The translations under genes and the position numbers were made by a program. The notes under the pieces were generated by a model. It was not told the DNA's origin, ran no database searches, and saw nothing but the letters and a program-made list of their open reading frames with translations. Positions 1-13,723 of a stretch of 64,000 bases of DNA are shown here, piece by piece (position 1 is the first letter of the stretch; each line of letters opens with the position of its first letter). The stretch comes from Octopus vulgaris (Eukaryota), in the NCBI GenBank assembly GCA_951406725.2, contig OX597832.1:68510001-68574000 (forward strand), in the 5' to 3' direction.

Positions 1-601
1 ATAAACTCCTGCATTTACCTTTCCATGTAATCGCACCAAAGAGCCCACAACATCTCCAGATATCATTCCCCAAACCATGACACTTCCTCCACCGAATTCG
101 ACACTAGTCTTAAGGCATTTAGGCGACAATTTTTCACCTACTTTTCAACGAACATACCTTTTCCCATCTGAGCCAAATAACATAAACTTAGATTCATCAC
201 TGAAATGCACCGTTTGCCATTTTTCTTGAGACCACAACACATGTTCGGTTGCAAAGGTAAGACGACACTTTATTTTTGGAGCTGATCAGTGGCTTCACTG
301 AAGGTGATCTTGCTTGTAGGTCATGTTCAACTAAACGACAAGACACAGTTTTTCAAGATAACGTTTTCTTCAGTACAATGCTCATTTCCCGATAAACAGC
401 AGCAGCAGTTTTAAATCTATCCTTTTTAACCAACTTTACCATAGCACGATCTTCTCTCTTGGTCGTTTTTCTTGGCCTACCTGTAGACTTTCTTGCTTCA
501 CATGAACCACAATCATCGAAGACCTTAAGAATACCGTGAACAACACTTTTTGACTCATTAACAATCTTTGCAATAGACCCAATACTTAAATTATCCTTCA
601 C
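1..601 (-). mobile_element. Decayed Tc1/mariner (Tc1-like) transposase, HTH plus N-terminal part of DDE domain; runs off the window start
   Basis: ORF 353..601 has SIAKIVN..KSVVHGIL and GRPRKTT.REDR. After a stop and frameshift the minus strand reads VLWSQEKWQTVHFSDESKF and KCLKTSVEFGGGSVMVWGMI, both canonical Tc1 motifs. Confidence 0.93.
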
Positions 602-681
602 CTTAATATTCTTTTACCTTCCTTCTCCAACCTCGATTGAACCCTTGAACTCTATTAACTGCCAGTCTCTCCTCCATTCAA

Positions 682-708
682 CCAATCTGACGTCACCCCC
701 TATAAATA
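682..708 (+). promoter_or_regulatory. CCAAT box, CRE palindrome and TATA box (putative pLTR Pol II promoter)
   Basis: CCAAT 682-686, TGACGTCA 688-695, TATAAATA 701-708, about 95 nt upstream of the hammerhead core. Confidence 0.45.
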
Positions 709-786
709 GACATTATTTATCATTATCGCTATGGGCTCCTCGTGAGCAGTCATCTAAAAACTTGTTGTGCATTTTGTTGGCGAAAG

Positions 787-897
787 AAGTTCCTGGATTT
801 TCCTGAAGAGAAAGCTGCATAATGGACTTCTTATTCATTCAGAATTAGGGATTTTGCAGACTTCGAAACATATGTCGAAAATAAAATAAAGGAATTT
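787..897 (+). ncRNA. Minimal type I hammerhead ribozyme, intact core
   Basis: Stem I ATTTTC(797-802)/GAAAAT(877-882), extended by AAGTTCC/GGAATTT; CTGAAGA 803-809; stem II GAAAGCTGCA/TGCAGACTTC; GAAA 865-868; palindromic stem III ACATATGT; cleavage triplet GTC 874-876. Confidence 0.85.
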
Positions 898-2299
898 TGT
901 TAAATCTTCGCTCAGCTCCATTCTTTCCTATACTTATTATATTAAATTAAACTTCAAATTTCTGCACTAAGGCATGGAGTATATGCCCTATGGTCGTAAA
1001 TTCAACCATGTTCTTTCTGTTGTGAGTTTGCTACCCAGGTATCGGTTATCTTACGAATTATCCGTAATAAGATAATTCATTTATCTACTCATATATATAG
1101 ATATATATATATGCTTACACACACTCATATGTTACTGTTAGTGAGGAAAATTGATATTTTAGAGTTGGTTCTTGAAAAGTGAATTAAAATCAAAAATATA
1201 AGTTAATACTGAAATGTATTAACCCTGCTCATGCACACACACACACACACACACACATATGCAAAATAATATGCAAAAACATGAGGATGAGAATATCAAT
1301 TCCCCAACACTTGTGAGGTTTTTTCTCTTAACAATTTTTTTATTTCTATCTCTGGTCTTGAATTTTAAAAATCTTGAAACTAGGAACATTTTTATCTTTC
1401 TTTATTAAATAAAGTCAGGGTAAAATTTTATTTGAAATAGGAAAAAAAAAACCGTGTATCTTTAAAAAAATATGTATATAAAATGAAAATTGGAATTACT
1501 TATCAAATTTAAAGGTAAATATTTCACATAAGGAATTTTTTTACAGACAGAAATGCAATTTGATTTAAGAAAAACTAAAAAAATAGAATTTATTCAATAT
1601 CCTTCACTCAACCCAAATTTGGATCTAGGTTTTATCAATTTGAAGTTTCAAACTGAGTGAAAATATGGTGATGGTGTGTGTTGTGGTGGTGGTGGTGGTG
1701 GTAGCAGCGGCTGCGGTGATGAGGGTTCATATGATGTGGTGGGCGTGGGTGAGAAATCTTAAATGAAATCATGTCCTGTTCTCCGTTGGAGTGCAGTTCA
1801 ATATGCATGATCTACATGTGTATGAGTGCTATTACAAATATACATGTGTGTGTTTATATTTGTGTGTGTCTGTGTACACACATATATATACACACATAGA
1901 CTGTGTACACACATAGACTTCATAGCTAGATATATGTAAATATATATATATATATATATATATATCCTTATACATAGACTTGAAAATAAAATTTTAATTT
2001 TCAGTGAGGTCTATAATGCACATATTATCGATGTCACATGCTTAACGCATCAAATACTTGTTGGCTGCAGTATTTCATCCAGGGAATGTCCCTTTAAAGA
2101 TGTAACGTGTTGGAAAATTCAACATCTTTAAAGAGATCTCCCCAGGATAAATGTCTGCTTCCAGCATGCATTTAATAACTTCCATACATGAGGTATGTAA
2201 CACTGAAAATATACTTAAACATATAATACAAGTATGTATGTATCTGTCTGTCTGTCTGTCTACATATATGTGTGTGTGTGTGTATGTGTGTGTGTGTAT

Positions 2300-2758
2300 G
2301 TTCCTTTCCACTATAGGCACAAAACTTGAAGTTTTGGAGGAGGTGGGGGCTAATAGATCACACGAACTATAGCACATGATTGCTATCCATTTTATTGATC
2401 TCAACCAGATGAAAGGCAAAGTCAGCTCCAGTGGAATTTGAATTCATAACATAAAGACAGACGAAATGGTGCTCAGCATTTTGCCTGGTGCACGGACAAT
2501 TCCACCACTTTGCTGCCAAAATAATAATCCTTTTATTATGGCATAAGGCCTAAAACTTTTGGTAGGGGACTAGTTGATTGCCTTGGACCCAGTTCTCAAC
2601 AGGTCTTTAATTTATTGAGCCTGGAAAGATGGAAGTCAAAATCAACCTCAGCAGTATTTGATCACAGAAAGTAAAGTTGGATGCTTCTAATCATTTCACT
2701 TGGATGATGATTGTGCCGGCTCACTATCTTCTTAATAATAATATTAATAATAAAAAAT

Positions 2759-2808
<50 letters not shown>

Positions 2809-3000
2809 TAAATCTTTCTACTAAAGGCAGAAGGCCTGAAATTTTGGCGGAGGGACCTAGTAAATGACATCGGCCCCAGTGTTTCACTGGTAATTTATTG
2901 ATTTCAAAAGGATGAACGGCAAAGTTGACCTCAGCAGAATTTGAACCCAAAACATGAAGAGGGATGAAATACCACTAAACATTTAGCCAGTTTGCCTCCT
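2300..3000 (-). mobile_element. Three tandem copies of a tRNA-derived SINE (family A)
   Basis: Repeats at about 2300, 2521 and 2805 share cctttctactatagg...gatgaaaggcaaagtcgacctc...gaatttgaac (B-box-like GTTCAAATTC on the minus strand) and an (ATT)n tail. Confidence 0.8.
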
Positions 3001-3001
3001 T

Positions 3002-3045
<44 letters not shown>

Positions 3046-3125
3046 TATTATTATTATAATCATCATCATCATTATTATTATAATCATCATCATCTTTAAG
3101 ATTGTTATTCTTATAATCACCTTCA

Positions 3126-3178
<53 letters not shown>

Positions 3179-3200
3179 ATCATCATCATCATCATCATCA

Positions 3201-3267
<67 letters not shown>

Positions 3268-3268
3268 T

Positions 3269-3818
3269 GAGTGAGAGAACAATGCATGCTATCAAAGAGA
3301 CACTGGGGTAAAATATACGAAGCCCAGTATACCCATCATGACTAACCGTCATAAGGGTACACCAGGCACATGCATCACAACCATATGTGCACGACATGGT
3401 GATCTCATATCAAGATAAACAGCACATGACCTTGTAGGTGGGGCCAAGTTAGAATTTTCTTCTGGTCAAGTAACACATCCTGCTCAAAAGGTCCCTGAAT
3501 AAGGATTGTTCAAGGATGTTGAATGAAACACCCATGTTTCCAGTGGTGAATTATTTAAACCCCCAAACAATCCCTCTCAACACACGGCTAAGATGCTCCC
3601 CCACTACTTCTGCTTGTGATCAAAGATGCACATATCGTCAGCCACTAAGGGACATGCTCAACTGGTTAAGGTCAAACAACTGACAAGCAAATCTGTGGTA
3701 TTGAGCAGAATATTTGCTGTAGCCCATCTTTTATACTAAGACAAAACAATGTATGTGATAACACTTCCAATCAGTTAAGATCAGGAGCCATGAGAGCCAC
3801 TGCCTGGTATTGCATCAG
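3269..3818 (-). mobile_element. ~550-bp non-autonomous (TAA)n-embedded element, copy 1
   Basis: Reverse complement of 22201-22882 and 34499-35050; (ATT)n on both sides. Confidence 0.9.
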
Positions 3819-3839
3819 TATCATTATTATTATTATTAA

Positions 3840-3891
<52 letters not shown>

Positions 3892-3950
3892 ATCATCATC
3901 ATCAACATCATCATCATTATTATTATTATTATTATTCATCTATTATTATT

Positions 3951-4012
<62 letters not shown>

Positions 4013-4029
4013 CAATAAGAAGAAGAACA

Positions 4030-4615
4030 GAAATTATCTGACTGGCAGGAGAAGTGTTGCATGGTGGATTCTTAAAAATAGTTTCAGTAGTAGTAAAACA
4101 TGATTTTGGCTGCCGAAAGGAAAGCTGAAGTGGGAGACAGAAAGTTTGTTAGTAGCTGCATAAGATCAAACATTAAGAACTAATTGTATAAAAGCCAAGA
4201 TAGACAAAAACTAAATAGCTTCCCAATGTAGATTATGGAAATCAAAAGAGAAAAGTGCTACTCATATATTAAGTGAATGTAGCATGCTGACACAGAAAGA
4301 ATACAAGAAAAGACATGACAATCTAGGGAGAGCAATCCATTAGGAGTTATGTAGAAAGCTCGTGAAAAATGTGTGACAAAAGAAAAATTTAAGCAAGAAA
4401 TGAATGAACAAAAAACAGAAAAATTATAAAAGGAAAAGAAAACGTACAGTCAGTTTGCAAAAGATGTGAATACCAAGACAGATACAGAGGACCGGTGGAT
4501 GAGGAGGAGTGATCTGAAGATAGAGGCAGAGGTACTCATATGCGCAGCTCAGGGACAAGCAATGAGGACCAACTATATGAAGTGCAGAATAGATAACACT
4601 ACCGATAGCAACAAA
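4030..4615 (+). pseudogene. Two decayed R4/Dong-type retrotransposon C-terminal fragments
   Basis: WQEK..HG, WLPKGKLKWETESLLVAA*DQTLRTN, CRL...THILSECSMLTQKEYKKRHD; a second fragment reads WMRRSDLKIEAEVLICAAQGQAMRTN. Starts right after (TAA)n. Confidence 0.8.
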
Positions 4616-4624
4616 TATATAATT

Positions 4625-4870
4625 CGTATACATTCACTGCTTTCTTCCAAGGAATCTATTGCTCTTAGCTAAGATCTTCCTTGGGGCTGGCCAGATTGGA
4701 GCATCTCAAGTATAACCAGCCAGAACTGCAATGATAATCTGGAACTCAACTAACGAAAGAAAACTCCGAATGATCAGTCCTTGATTTTTCTTTCCCCTTT
4801 TTGTATCATCTAACTGTCTGGAAGACTTGTCGCATCTTGCATTCTTGTCCCATTTTTTTATTCCTTTATA
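4625..4870 (+). repeat. Interspersed repeat in (TA)n context, unclassified
   Basis: Reverse-complement copy at about 41980-42205 and a partial copy at about 48235-48285 (ctttcttccaaggaatcta...ggctggccagattggagca...ctaactgtctg). Confidence 0.8.
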
Positions 4871-4888
4871 TATCTGTGTGTGTGTGTG

Positions 4889-4948
<60 letters not shown>

Positions 4949-6263
4949 TATATATATACACACACACAGAGCTTCCTAAAATCACAAACTACATATACTT
5001 ACACACAGTTACACAGACACTAGCACGGCTAAACACACACTTATGCCTGCACACATATATATACACAACACATATACATGTGTATTCTCATGCAAACATG
5101 TATGCATGCAGCAACAGATACATACACCACATACACACCCACAGACAAAGCTACATACACATATACCACACAATACATATCTATCACTTTTACACATGAC
5201 TAAAACAACAGATGTATGCACACACACACAAACATGCACATACGGAGCTTCATGTAAAATATACTATACAGATATATACACACAGTAGCAGATGCATATA
5301 TGCATGGTCACACAAACACACACACACGCAGATATGCACGCATGCACGTACACACACACACGGACTGAAATACATAGATGCACACATACACATAGTTAAA
5401 AACACAAATGCAAACATACAAACCCACACACTTTATCTCTCTCTCTTCCTCTCTCTCTCCATCTCTCTCTCCATCACTCTCTGCAGTTCTCCTTCCTCCT
5501 CTCTCCCCCTCTCTCTCCTCTCTCTCTCTCTCATGGCTGTAAGGGTGCGGTTTGTAATAAAAAGTTAAAAACTTCTATGTTGGGAAATGTACAAACTAAA
5601 AACGACACCAAGAAGATGGAAATGATTGAAATATTAATAACAATGATGATGATGATGATGATGGCGGCGGCGGCGGCGGTGGTGATGGTGGTGGTGGTGG
5701 TGGTGGTGGTGGTGGTGGTGGTGGTGGCAGTGGTGATGGAAACAACGGCATCAACCATAAAGAAGGAAGTTGCCCAATATCAGAGTGGTGTAGTTATTTT
5801 CTATTTGCAGTATAAGAAACATTTGACAGGAACTGATGTTGAGATAGTGGAGAGACTCTAATGGAATACATTTGGGGAAACATATTAATATTTGCACACA
5901 CACACACACACACAGTCACATACGCACACAATGTGCAACATACACAGACATACAAACACACACATGTACAATACACAAGAGCACCCATATGTCACTGTAT
6001 GAATGCTTTTGCATACACACATGCACATATATGTGGGCCTGAATGTGTATGCAAATGTGTCTATATATATACACTTCAAGCATTTAATCATTCTGTCTGT
6101 TTCTAGCTCCCTCTCACTCTCTCCCTGTCCAACCACTCCTTCCTCCATATATATATAAGTATATACGAGCGTGTGTGCATGTGTGTGTGAGAGAGAGTAC
6201 ACACATATATATATATATATGTTCAAGATGATATTATAGCACCATAACATAAAATAAATTTAG

Positions 6264-6299
<36 letters not shown>

Positions 6300-6315
6300 C
6301 ATAAAATAAATTTAG

Positions 6316-6351
<36 letters not shown>

Positions 6352-6484
6352 ACACACACACACACACATAGATATATTTATAAATATATAGATATATGTA
6401 TAAATATACATACACACACACGCTTTCCTGTATGCAATTATACTGAGACAGACAGGGGGTGGGGATGATATGCGCATATATATA

Positions 6485-6525
<41 letters not shown>

Positions 6526-7103
6526 TAGTAATAGACTGAAAAGGATGGAAAGGTGAGAATATATGTGCTTGTACATAGCTATAATATGTACATACTTATA
6601 TATAAACGTATATGTGGATATAGGTACGTATGTGTATAGAAGTATACATAAAAATATTGTGCATACATTCAGACACACACAAAACTAATACTTGCATATC
6701 TTGTATAATATCTGTGTGTGTGTTTGTGTGTGTGTAAATATGTATATATATATACATATGGCATGTGTGTATGGGTGTATATGCATATACAGAAGAAACA
6801 TATAACAAAAAACAATAGATCTTCAGAGTATATGTAAATGTAAATATAGCCTGGACACTTCCTGCCTCGTTATGGCGGCCCAGTGTGTACATATCTGTGT
6901 GTAGATTTGTACATTTATAAAACATTCATGCAGTCATACCTTGCCGTACTGAGGAATATTTGTTGTTGTTGTTGTGCATCTATAACTAGATAAGTAAGGA
7001 GATGGATTGATTGATCAAAAGATAAAGATCCAACAATATTTATTCATACCCAATAGTTATTCATATATACATATATATATATGCATGTATACATATAGAT
7101 ATA

Positions 7104-7143
<40 letters not shown>

Positions 7144-7188
7144 CATATATATGTATACATATATATATATATATATATACATATATAT

Positions 7189-7258
<70 letters not shown>

Positions 7259-7273
7259 GTATATATATATGTA

Positions 7274-7304
<31 letters not shown>

Positions 7305-7800
7305 CTAATCACACATACACACATGCATATATATATATGATGATATACATACATACTTATAAATGCATACATGAAAATACAGATATATGTATGTGCATAT
7401 ATATGTAAGCACACACATACATATACGAGTATATAAATATACAGGAAAAGTAATACAAACAATATGGATAAATAAATAACATTTTTGTCTCATTTATTAT
7501 TATGTTTATTGTTTTCTGTTTTATTTCCCTGTTGGAATTGTAGAGAAATTGCAAAGAATTCTTATCACAGTTTATTTATTCTTGTATAAACAGAAACACA
7601 AATATAGACATTAAACATACATAGATGGATAAATGCATGCATACATATAAAAGGAAAAAAATCTTGTCTGAATCTGCTTGCTTTATACTCATGTGCAAAT
7701 ACACACATGCACGCACACATGTATAATCGTCATCAAACAAGTAAATATTGCATGACTTGTGGAGACAATTAAACCTATTTATACAGACACACTCAGACAG

Positions 7801-7841
<41 letters not shown>

Positions 7842-8602
7842 CACACACACACATCCTTAGCTCCTAAGAGATAAAAACATTCAATAAACCCAAAAATACA
7901 CATTGAACCTCATTGCAATTTCACCCAATATGTGAAAAATGCTTTCATATCAACTTTATGCCTTATGACAATTCCATGCTGTATTGTATTTACATACATA
8001 CACACACACACACATATGTATATGGATGTATGTGTGTGTATATACATATATGGATGTATGTGTGTGTGTATATATATATACATACATATACACACTCATA
8101 TATATCCATATATATTGTGCCATTTTGTGTGCATATTTACAAACATCTTCACTTTCCTCACACTCATATCTTGCTCGATGCTCACATGATGACATGTCCG
8201 TTATGTAGTTTTCCCCTCTATTTATTTATTTATTTCTTCATTTAATCACTTTGTTACCTCATATTCTTTGTAGTCTTTCACTCATATCTAAAACATGTTG
8301 ACTGCAACAGATAACAGCTATGATGCAGACTTTCCCATTTTTCTATATTCAGTAAAAACCACCTGACCTGGACTTGCCTGGAATTGTACCAATAATTTCA
8401 GTGTTTCCATGCTTCTGGATTTTCTGTTTTTTTTTCTTATCTGAACGTGTGTTTTCCTGCTATCATTTTAAAACTTTTCTCAAAGATATTTCTTTCTTTA
8501 AATAGATAAAAAGAAATTTCTTTAAGCATTTATGTTTTACCATGACCATTATATTACATTTTGTTCCTTTTTCCAGTACTTTGCTATATTCCATGTGGAT
8601 AT

Positions 8603-8641
<39 letters not shown>

Positions 8642-8710
8642 CACCCACACATGAACAAACATGCATACATACATATATATATACACACACAAACATACCT
8701 GCATACATAC

Positions 8711-9168
8711 ATATCGGTACTTCGTTGTGCCATTTATTTGCTTTTATGTATAATTTTCCCTCACAGGCTATTCTTTACTGGAAAGCAATACTCTCGTATT
8801 GCATTACTATTTTTATTGAAACTTCTTCACTGTTCTCGTTCTGTCAACGTTTTGGCATTCAGTCGAGTGTATTGGCATGGATGTGGCAACATTTGTAATG
8901 TTGTCAAGGTATATGTTGGCTGATGAAGATAAATCAAATAAATGTGGGCAGACATATTTTGAAAAATCTGAAACCGGTACCACATTATCCCTTTCTAGGT
9001 ATTTCATCTTTCAGATGTTCTCCCGAGAGGTAAGACAAATTTTTTTCAAGTTTGTTGCACACACGCATTTTTGCTAGTACATACGCAGTGAAGCTATCCA
9101 TTAGCGTCGTATTTATTATGTTCGCTATTTTCCAGTAAATATCGGTACTTCGTTGTGTCATTTATTTG

Positions 9169-9180
<12 letters not shown>
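8711..9180 (+). mobile_element. 428-bp unit with ~30-40-bp terminal direct repeat and internal hammerhead (retrozyme/pLTR-like)
   Basis: atatcggtacttcgttgtg(c/t)catttatttg at 8711-8740 and 9139-9168; flanked by (CATA/TA)n; no meaningful ORF. Confidence 0.75.
8906..8993 (+). ncRNA. Minimal type I hammerhead ribozyme, intact core
   Basis: Stem I AAGG-TATATGT-TGG / CCA-CAT-TAT-CCCTT; CTGATGA 8920-8926; stem II AGAT..TCAAA..ATGT / ACAT..TTTGA..ATCT; GAAA 8970-8973; palindromic ACCGGT; GTA triplet 8977-8979. Confidence 0.85.
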
Positions 9181-9217
<37 letters not shown>

Positions 9218-9236
9218 CTATATATATACGTATATA

Positions 9237-9334
<98 letters not shown>

Positions 9335-9335
<1 letters not shown>

Positions 9336-9655
9336 GTTGTCTTTGTTTGACGGATCCGGCGCCTTTCGTGGAAGCTTTCGCCAACTTCTTACGATCGCGG
9401 TTTCGATTCCCAGACCGGGCATTGTGAGTGTTTATTGAGCGAAAATACATAAAACTCCACGAGGCTCCAGCAGGGAGTCGTGGTGATCGTTGCTGTACTC
9501 TTTCACCACAGCTTTCTCTCACACTTTCTTCTGTTGGCCTGCTCGCTTAGCCAGCGGGGTGGCATCTGTTGAAGGCGAAAACAATGCGAAGCGCATTGTG
9601 ACCAGCGATATGTAGCAACATCTGATAGTCCGGTCAGTCACGTGATCACGTGATA
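9335..9655 (+). mobile_element. Young, CpG-rich SINE (family D)
   Basis: B-box-like GGTTTCGATTCCC; body shared with 55030-55403 (gattcccagaccgggcattgtgagtgttta...gctgtactctttcacca); inserted in (TA)n. Confidence 0.7.
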
Positions 9656-9724
9656 TATATATACGTTTATATATATATATTGTTTGTTTGTACTCCATCA
9701 GCCTTCGTCTTTTGTTTATTTTCG

Positions 9725-9759
<35 letters not shown>

Positions 9760-10559
9760 TTATTTATATATATATATATATGTATATATATACTTATATA
9801 TAAGCATCCACATTGTTTAGCACTCCATTTACTATGAACGTAAAACATATTCAACTTATCTAGCACCTTTGTTTCATTATTAGATAAGCATGTCTTAGTT
9901 ATATATTATACTTATTTCAACTGATAACTCCTTGGAAAATATCACCTTACAGACAGAACAACACAATGGAAAAAATATATTCAGAACACCTCAAATGTTT
10001 CAGCCTCCATCGTAACCACTATGCTGTTGTATAACCTCTCAAAACTGCCTACGGAAAGAATCCTGATTTTTGAAGTGAGCAGTGCATTGAGCAACCATAA
10101 TGCCAAACAGTGATATCCAGCAAAAATAGACAACGATCCATTATACACACACTTTTAGATTCAGAGTTAGAATGAACAACACCTCAGAATCATTGTATGT
10201 ATGGAACCTAATGGAGAATGGGTTTGAAAACATCTTTGTTGATTGGAAAATATTAACTGGTGCATCTCTGGACAGCAGTGGATGTGAAGTTGTATGTTTA
10301 GCTTCTGTTGAACATTGAAAATCTATGAAACATGTTTAGGGAATAGGAGGAGTGAAATGTTGAAGAATATCTAACTTGTGCAAACCATGGTTGACATGGG
10401 AATAATTTTGTTAAATGAATTTCAAATACAAAGAGACTATCTTTGACTGTGTTTGACTTCTTCTGATTGTTACTTAACACCCTGCCCCACATACACCACA
10501 TGTGTGTGTAGATGTATGCATATATATATATGCATACATACAGGTAAATATGCATAGTT

Positions 10560-10908
10560 CATCTTGAGCTCTGGGCCTCACGGAGGCAAAATGGCAGAGT
10601 TCCTTTCGAGTGTTGGGCCTAACAGAGGAAGGTTTCATGGAGGCAATGACCAAGACCTTTTGCATTATGCCATGCTTGAGAAGAAGACCCATCAAACTGA
10701 GCAAAATCACAGTCATGGTAGATATCAGTGTTATGCAAATTGACACCCATGCTGGTAGCACGTAAACACAACCTCTGTGTCACATAAACGGAACCCATGC
10801 CAGTGGCATGTGAAAGCACTCATTACATTCTCAGAGTGGTTGGTATTAGGAAGGGCATCCAGAAAACCATGCCAAATCAGACTATGGGCAACGGACATTA
10901 AATGATGA

Positions 10909-10978
<70 letters not shown>

Positions 10979-11212
10979 TTATCCCAAAAAGCATTATGTA
11001 AAAGTGCCCGTGTGGTGCCACGCATGTAAGATCCCCCGGTACACACTGCAAAGTGGTCGTTAATAGGAAGGCCTCCAGCCATAGAAACCATGCTAAATCA
11101 GACTGGAGTCTGGTGCAACCCACGAGATACAGTCAGGTACAACCCACCTCCTATTACACTGTCAAACCCATGCCAGCATGGACAACAGATGTTAAATGAT
11201 GATGATGATGAT
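10560..11212 (+). mobile_element. Two RTE-tailed SINE/LINE 3' fragments
   Basis: gtggttggtattaggaagggcatcc...gttaaatgatgatgat tails at about 10910 and 11212; the LGLTE..M..DR/EKT-coding remnant matches the RTE end at 25880-26505. Confidence 0.75.
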
Positions 11213-12041
11213 ACTAACTGTGAATGTAATATAATTACATGTATATATATATATAATACATATGTGTATCCAGCCATACATATATACACACACTTGTGTG
11301 TGCATGTGTGTATATACAATAATAAGTTTCTGTGAACCAGAAGAAAACATGCACATTTATTAGATAACTGAGTGGCTCTATTATTTATAGAAGTAGTTTC
11401 ATGTTGAAGAACTTTCCGAGTGCAGCAACATGAATTAATAATCATCAGATGTGGCTTTCCATTCCACCTCTTTTGATGATTCATTTCTCCCCATTTGGAA
11501 TCTACTTCAATATAAAACCATTCCTTAACATGCATTTCCTGTTATGGGACCAAATTTATATTGTAAAGCTAATCAATCAATCTATCTATCTTTTTTACTT
11601 CTCCCCCTCTCTCTCTCTCTCTCTCTCTTTATATATATATATATGTTTATACTTCTCTCTCTCTCTCTCTCTCTTAAAGATATATATATAAATATATATA
11701 TAAACAAGCAACAGGATATCAAGAGGTGATGCAGTACGACCATTTCAAGTGGCTTCATTTAATTGAACAATGCACTCATTACATCAATTTAAATGCAGGG
11801 CTATCCTCAGCTGCATAAATAAATAAATGGAATTTTTTAATCAGCTGGACACATTAATATAATTTTGCTCAAATTCTTTAATAGAGCAAGAAGAGAGAAA
11901 GTCCATCCTGCTACTACTTTGAGTTGTACGGAAAATACCACACTAACTTGGTGCTTCAACTTAAGTATCTAATTCAACTGAATCTCAATTATTTATATAA
12001 TTGTGTGTGTGTGTGTGTGTGTGTGTGTGCATGTTTGTATG

Positions 12042-12091
<50 letters not shown>

Positions 12092-12888
12092 ATTCTAACT
12101 GATTTGGAGTACTTTGTAGAAAGGACATCTTTGAAACCCCAAGACACCATAAGATAGTCCCCACCCCTGACATAGCAAACTGATGATGAAGAGAGCACTT
12201 CAGCTTTGACTCTTTATCCCACCAGAAAAGTGTGTCTCATTCTTTATTGTCTCATGTATCATTTAATTAAAGCAATTAGGGTGTGAAGGTGTTAAAGAGC
12301 TTTGACTGCTATTTCTGACAGGGTCAAACAACAACAGTGAAACCTCCCTCCTTGGCGCCTCATATCACAATCGTTATATTTAGCATCAGCCACAGAAACC
12401 AAATTTCTAAGCTGGTCAACACTTTTCTTCCACAAAACTAGTTTGAGGTTAACAACGTAGAATTCAACATCAAAAGGATTTCAATTAAAAGGCCTACACT
12501 CTGCTTTTAGGATAATTGCAAAGATAATTCCACTAATTATTCATTATCTCACTCCACCAACTCTAAAGTTATATTCTTTCTTCTCTTTATTTGTTTCATT
12601 CTTTCTGGCTTTCTCTCTCTTTCTTTCTTTTCTCCTTTCTTTCCTTCTTTCTTTCCATCTTTTCCTCTCTCTTTCTATTTCTGTCTGAAGGAATCTCATT
12701 CTGTTCCCTAGAATTAGTTTTGTGATTGCTGCTGTTGCTACTACTGCTGCTACTGTTGATGCTGCTGTTGCTGCTATTACTACTACTACTCTTGTTGTTG
12801 CTACTTCCATACTTTACAAGAGGAATCTGATAAATTCTGATTCACACACCTGTAATACAGATACACACACACAACTTCACATTCTCTC

Positions 12889-12958
<70 letters not shown>

Positions 12959-13294
12959 CACACTACTCTAGTATCATCTAGCTTGCACACAGACCTGCAG
13001 GCACCCACCTACTGATTTTCTAGCAATTCTCCTCATTCAACCCGCATATACATATCTATGTATGCACACAGACATACCAATGCATACACACATACATTTA
13101 CGAACGATGGTTTTTATGGAAAGACATATTTAAAAGCAATTTAACATTAAACCAAAAAAATATTTAATATTTTACAAGATGTTTAAACTTTTACAAGGAA
13201 AATGTTGACAGTGACTTTGAAGTTTTAGTTTACTAGCTTTCATCATTGTTGTAAATATATGCATGTGACTACATATATATATATATATATATAT

Positions 13295-13500
13295 ATACTT
13301 TATAATTAGGGTTCAGCAACGATTTGCTTCACCACATACCGAAGTTTACAAATAGCAGTCAAAAAATCTTAGCTATTCCTTCTACTTTTTCTTGAGAGCC
13401 CCTTTTAAAGTAGAAGGAATAGCTAAGATTTTTTGACTGCTATTTCTAAACTTTGGTATGTGGTGAAGCAAATCGTTGCTGAACCCTAATTATAAAGTAT
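13295..13500. repeat. Near-perfect 94-bp inverted repeat (18-nt loop) next to (TA)n
   Basis: Arms 13295-13388 and 13407-13500 with about 2 mismatches; unique extension to about 13595, then (TA)n. Confidence 0.95.
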
Positions 13501-13652
13501 TGCTTAAGCTTACCATGAAATGGTCTTTTTCTTGCCAAATTCTACTTGGTGAAATTACTGATTACTTCTTAATTAATTAATTTTACCCTTTGTTATTATA
13601 TATATATATGTAAGAATATGCATATATATATACATACATATATATGTATATG

Positions 13653-13719
<67 letters not shown>

Positions 13720-13723
<4 letters not shown>

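Larger units (their letters stand above)
602..1085 (+). mobile_element. Penelope-like pseudo-LTR (pLTR)-type fragment carrying a hammerhead ribozyme
   Basis: Promoter-like CCAAT/TGACGTCA/TATAAATA cluster, then a hammerhead with AATAAA in stem I; ends at a (TA)-rich tract and abuts the truncated Tc1 5' end. Confidence 0.6.

Noticed and set aside
6244-6350. 52-bp-period duplication including (TA)n (similar case near 45890-45965)
   Set aside because: Ordinary slippage or assembly effect at a microsatellite.
10570-10660. gggcctcacggaggcaa resembling the P4/J4-2 region of an HDV-like ribozyme
   Set aside because: It matches the RTE C-terminal coding remnant (LGLTE.M) seen at about 26097, and I could not build P1-P3.
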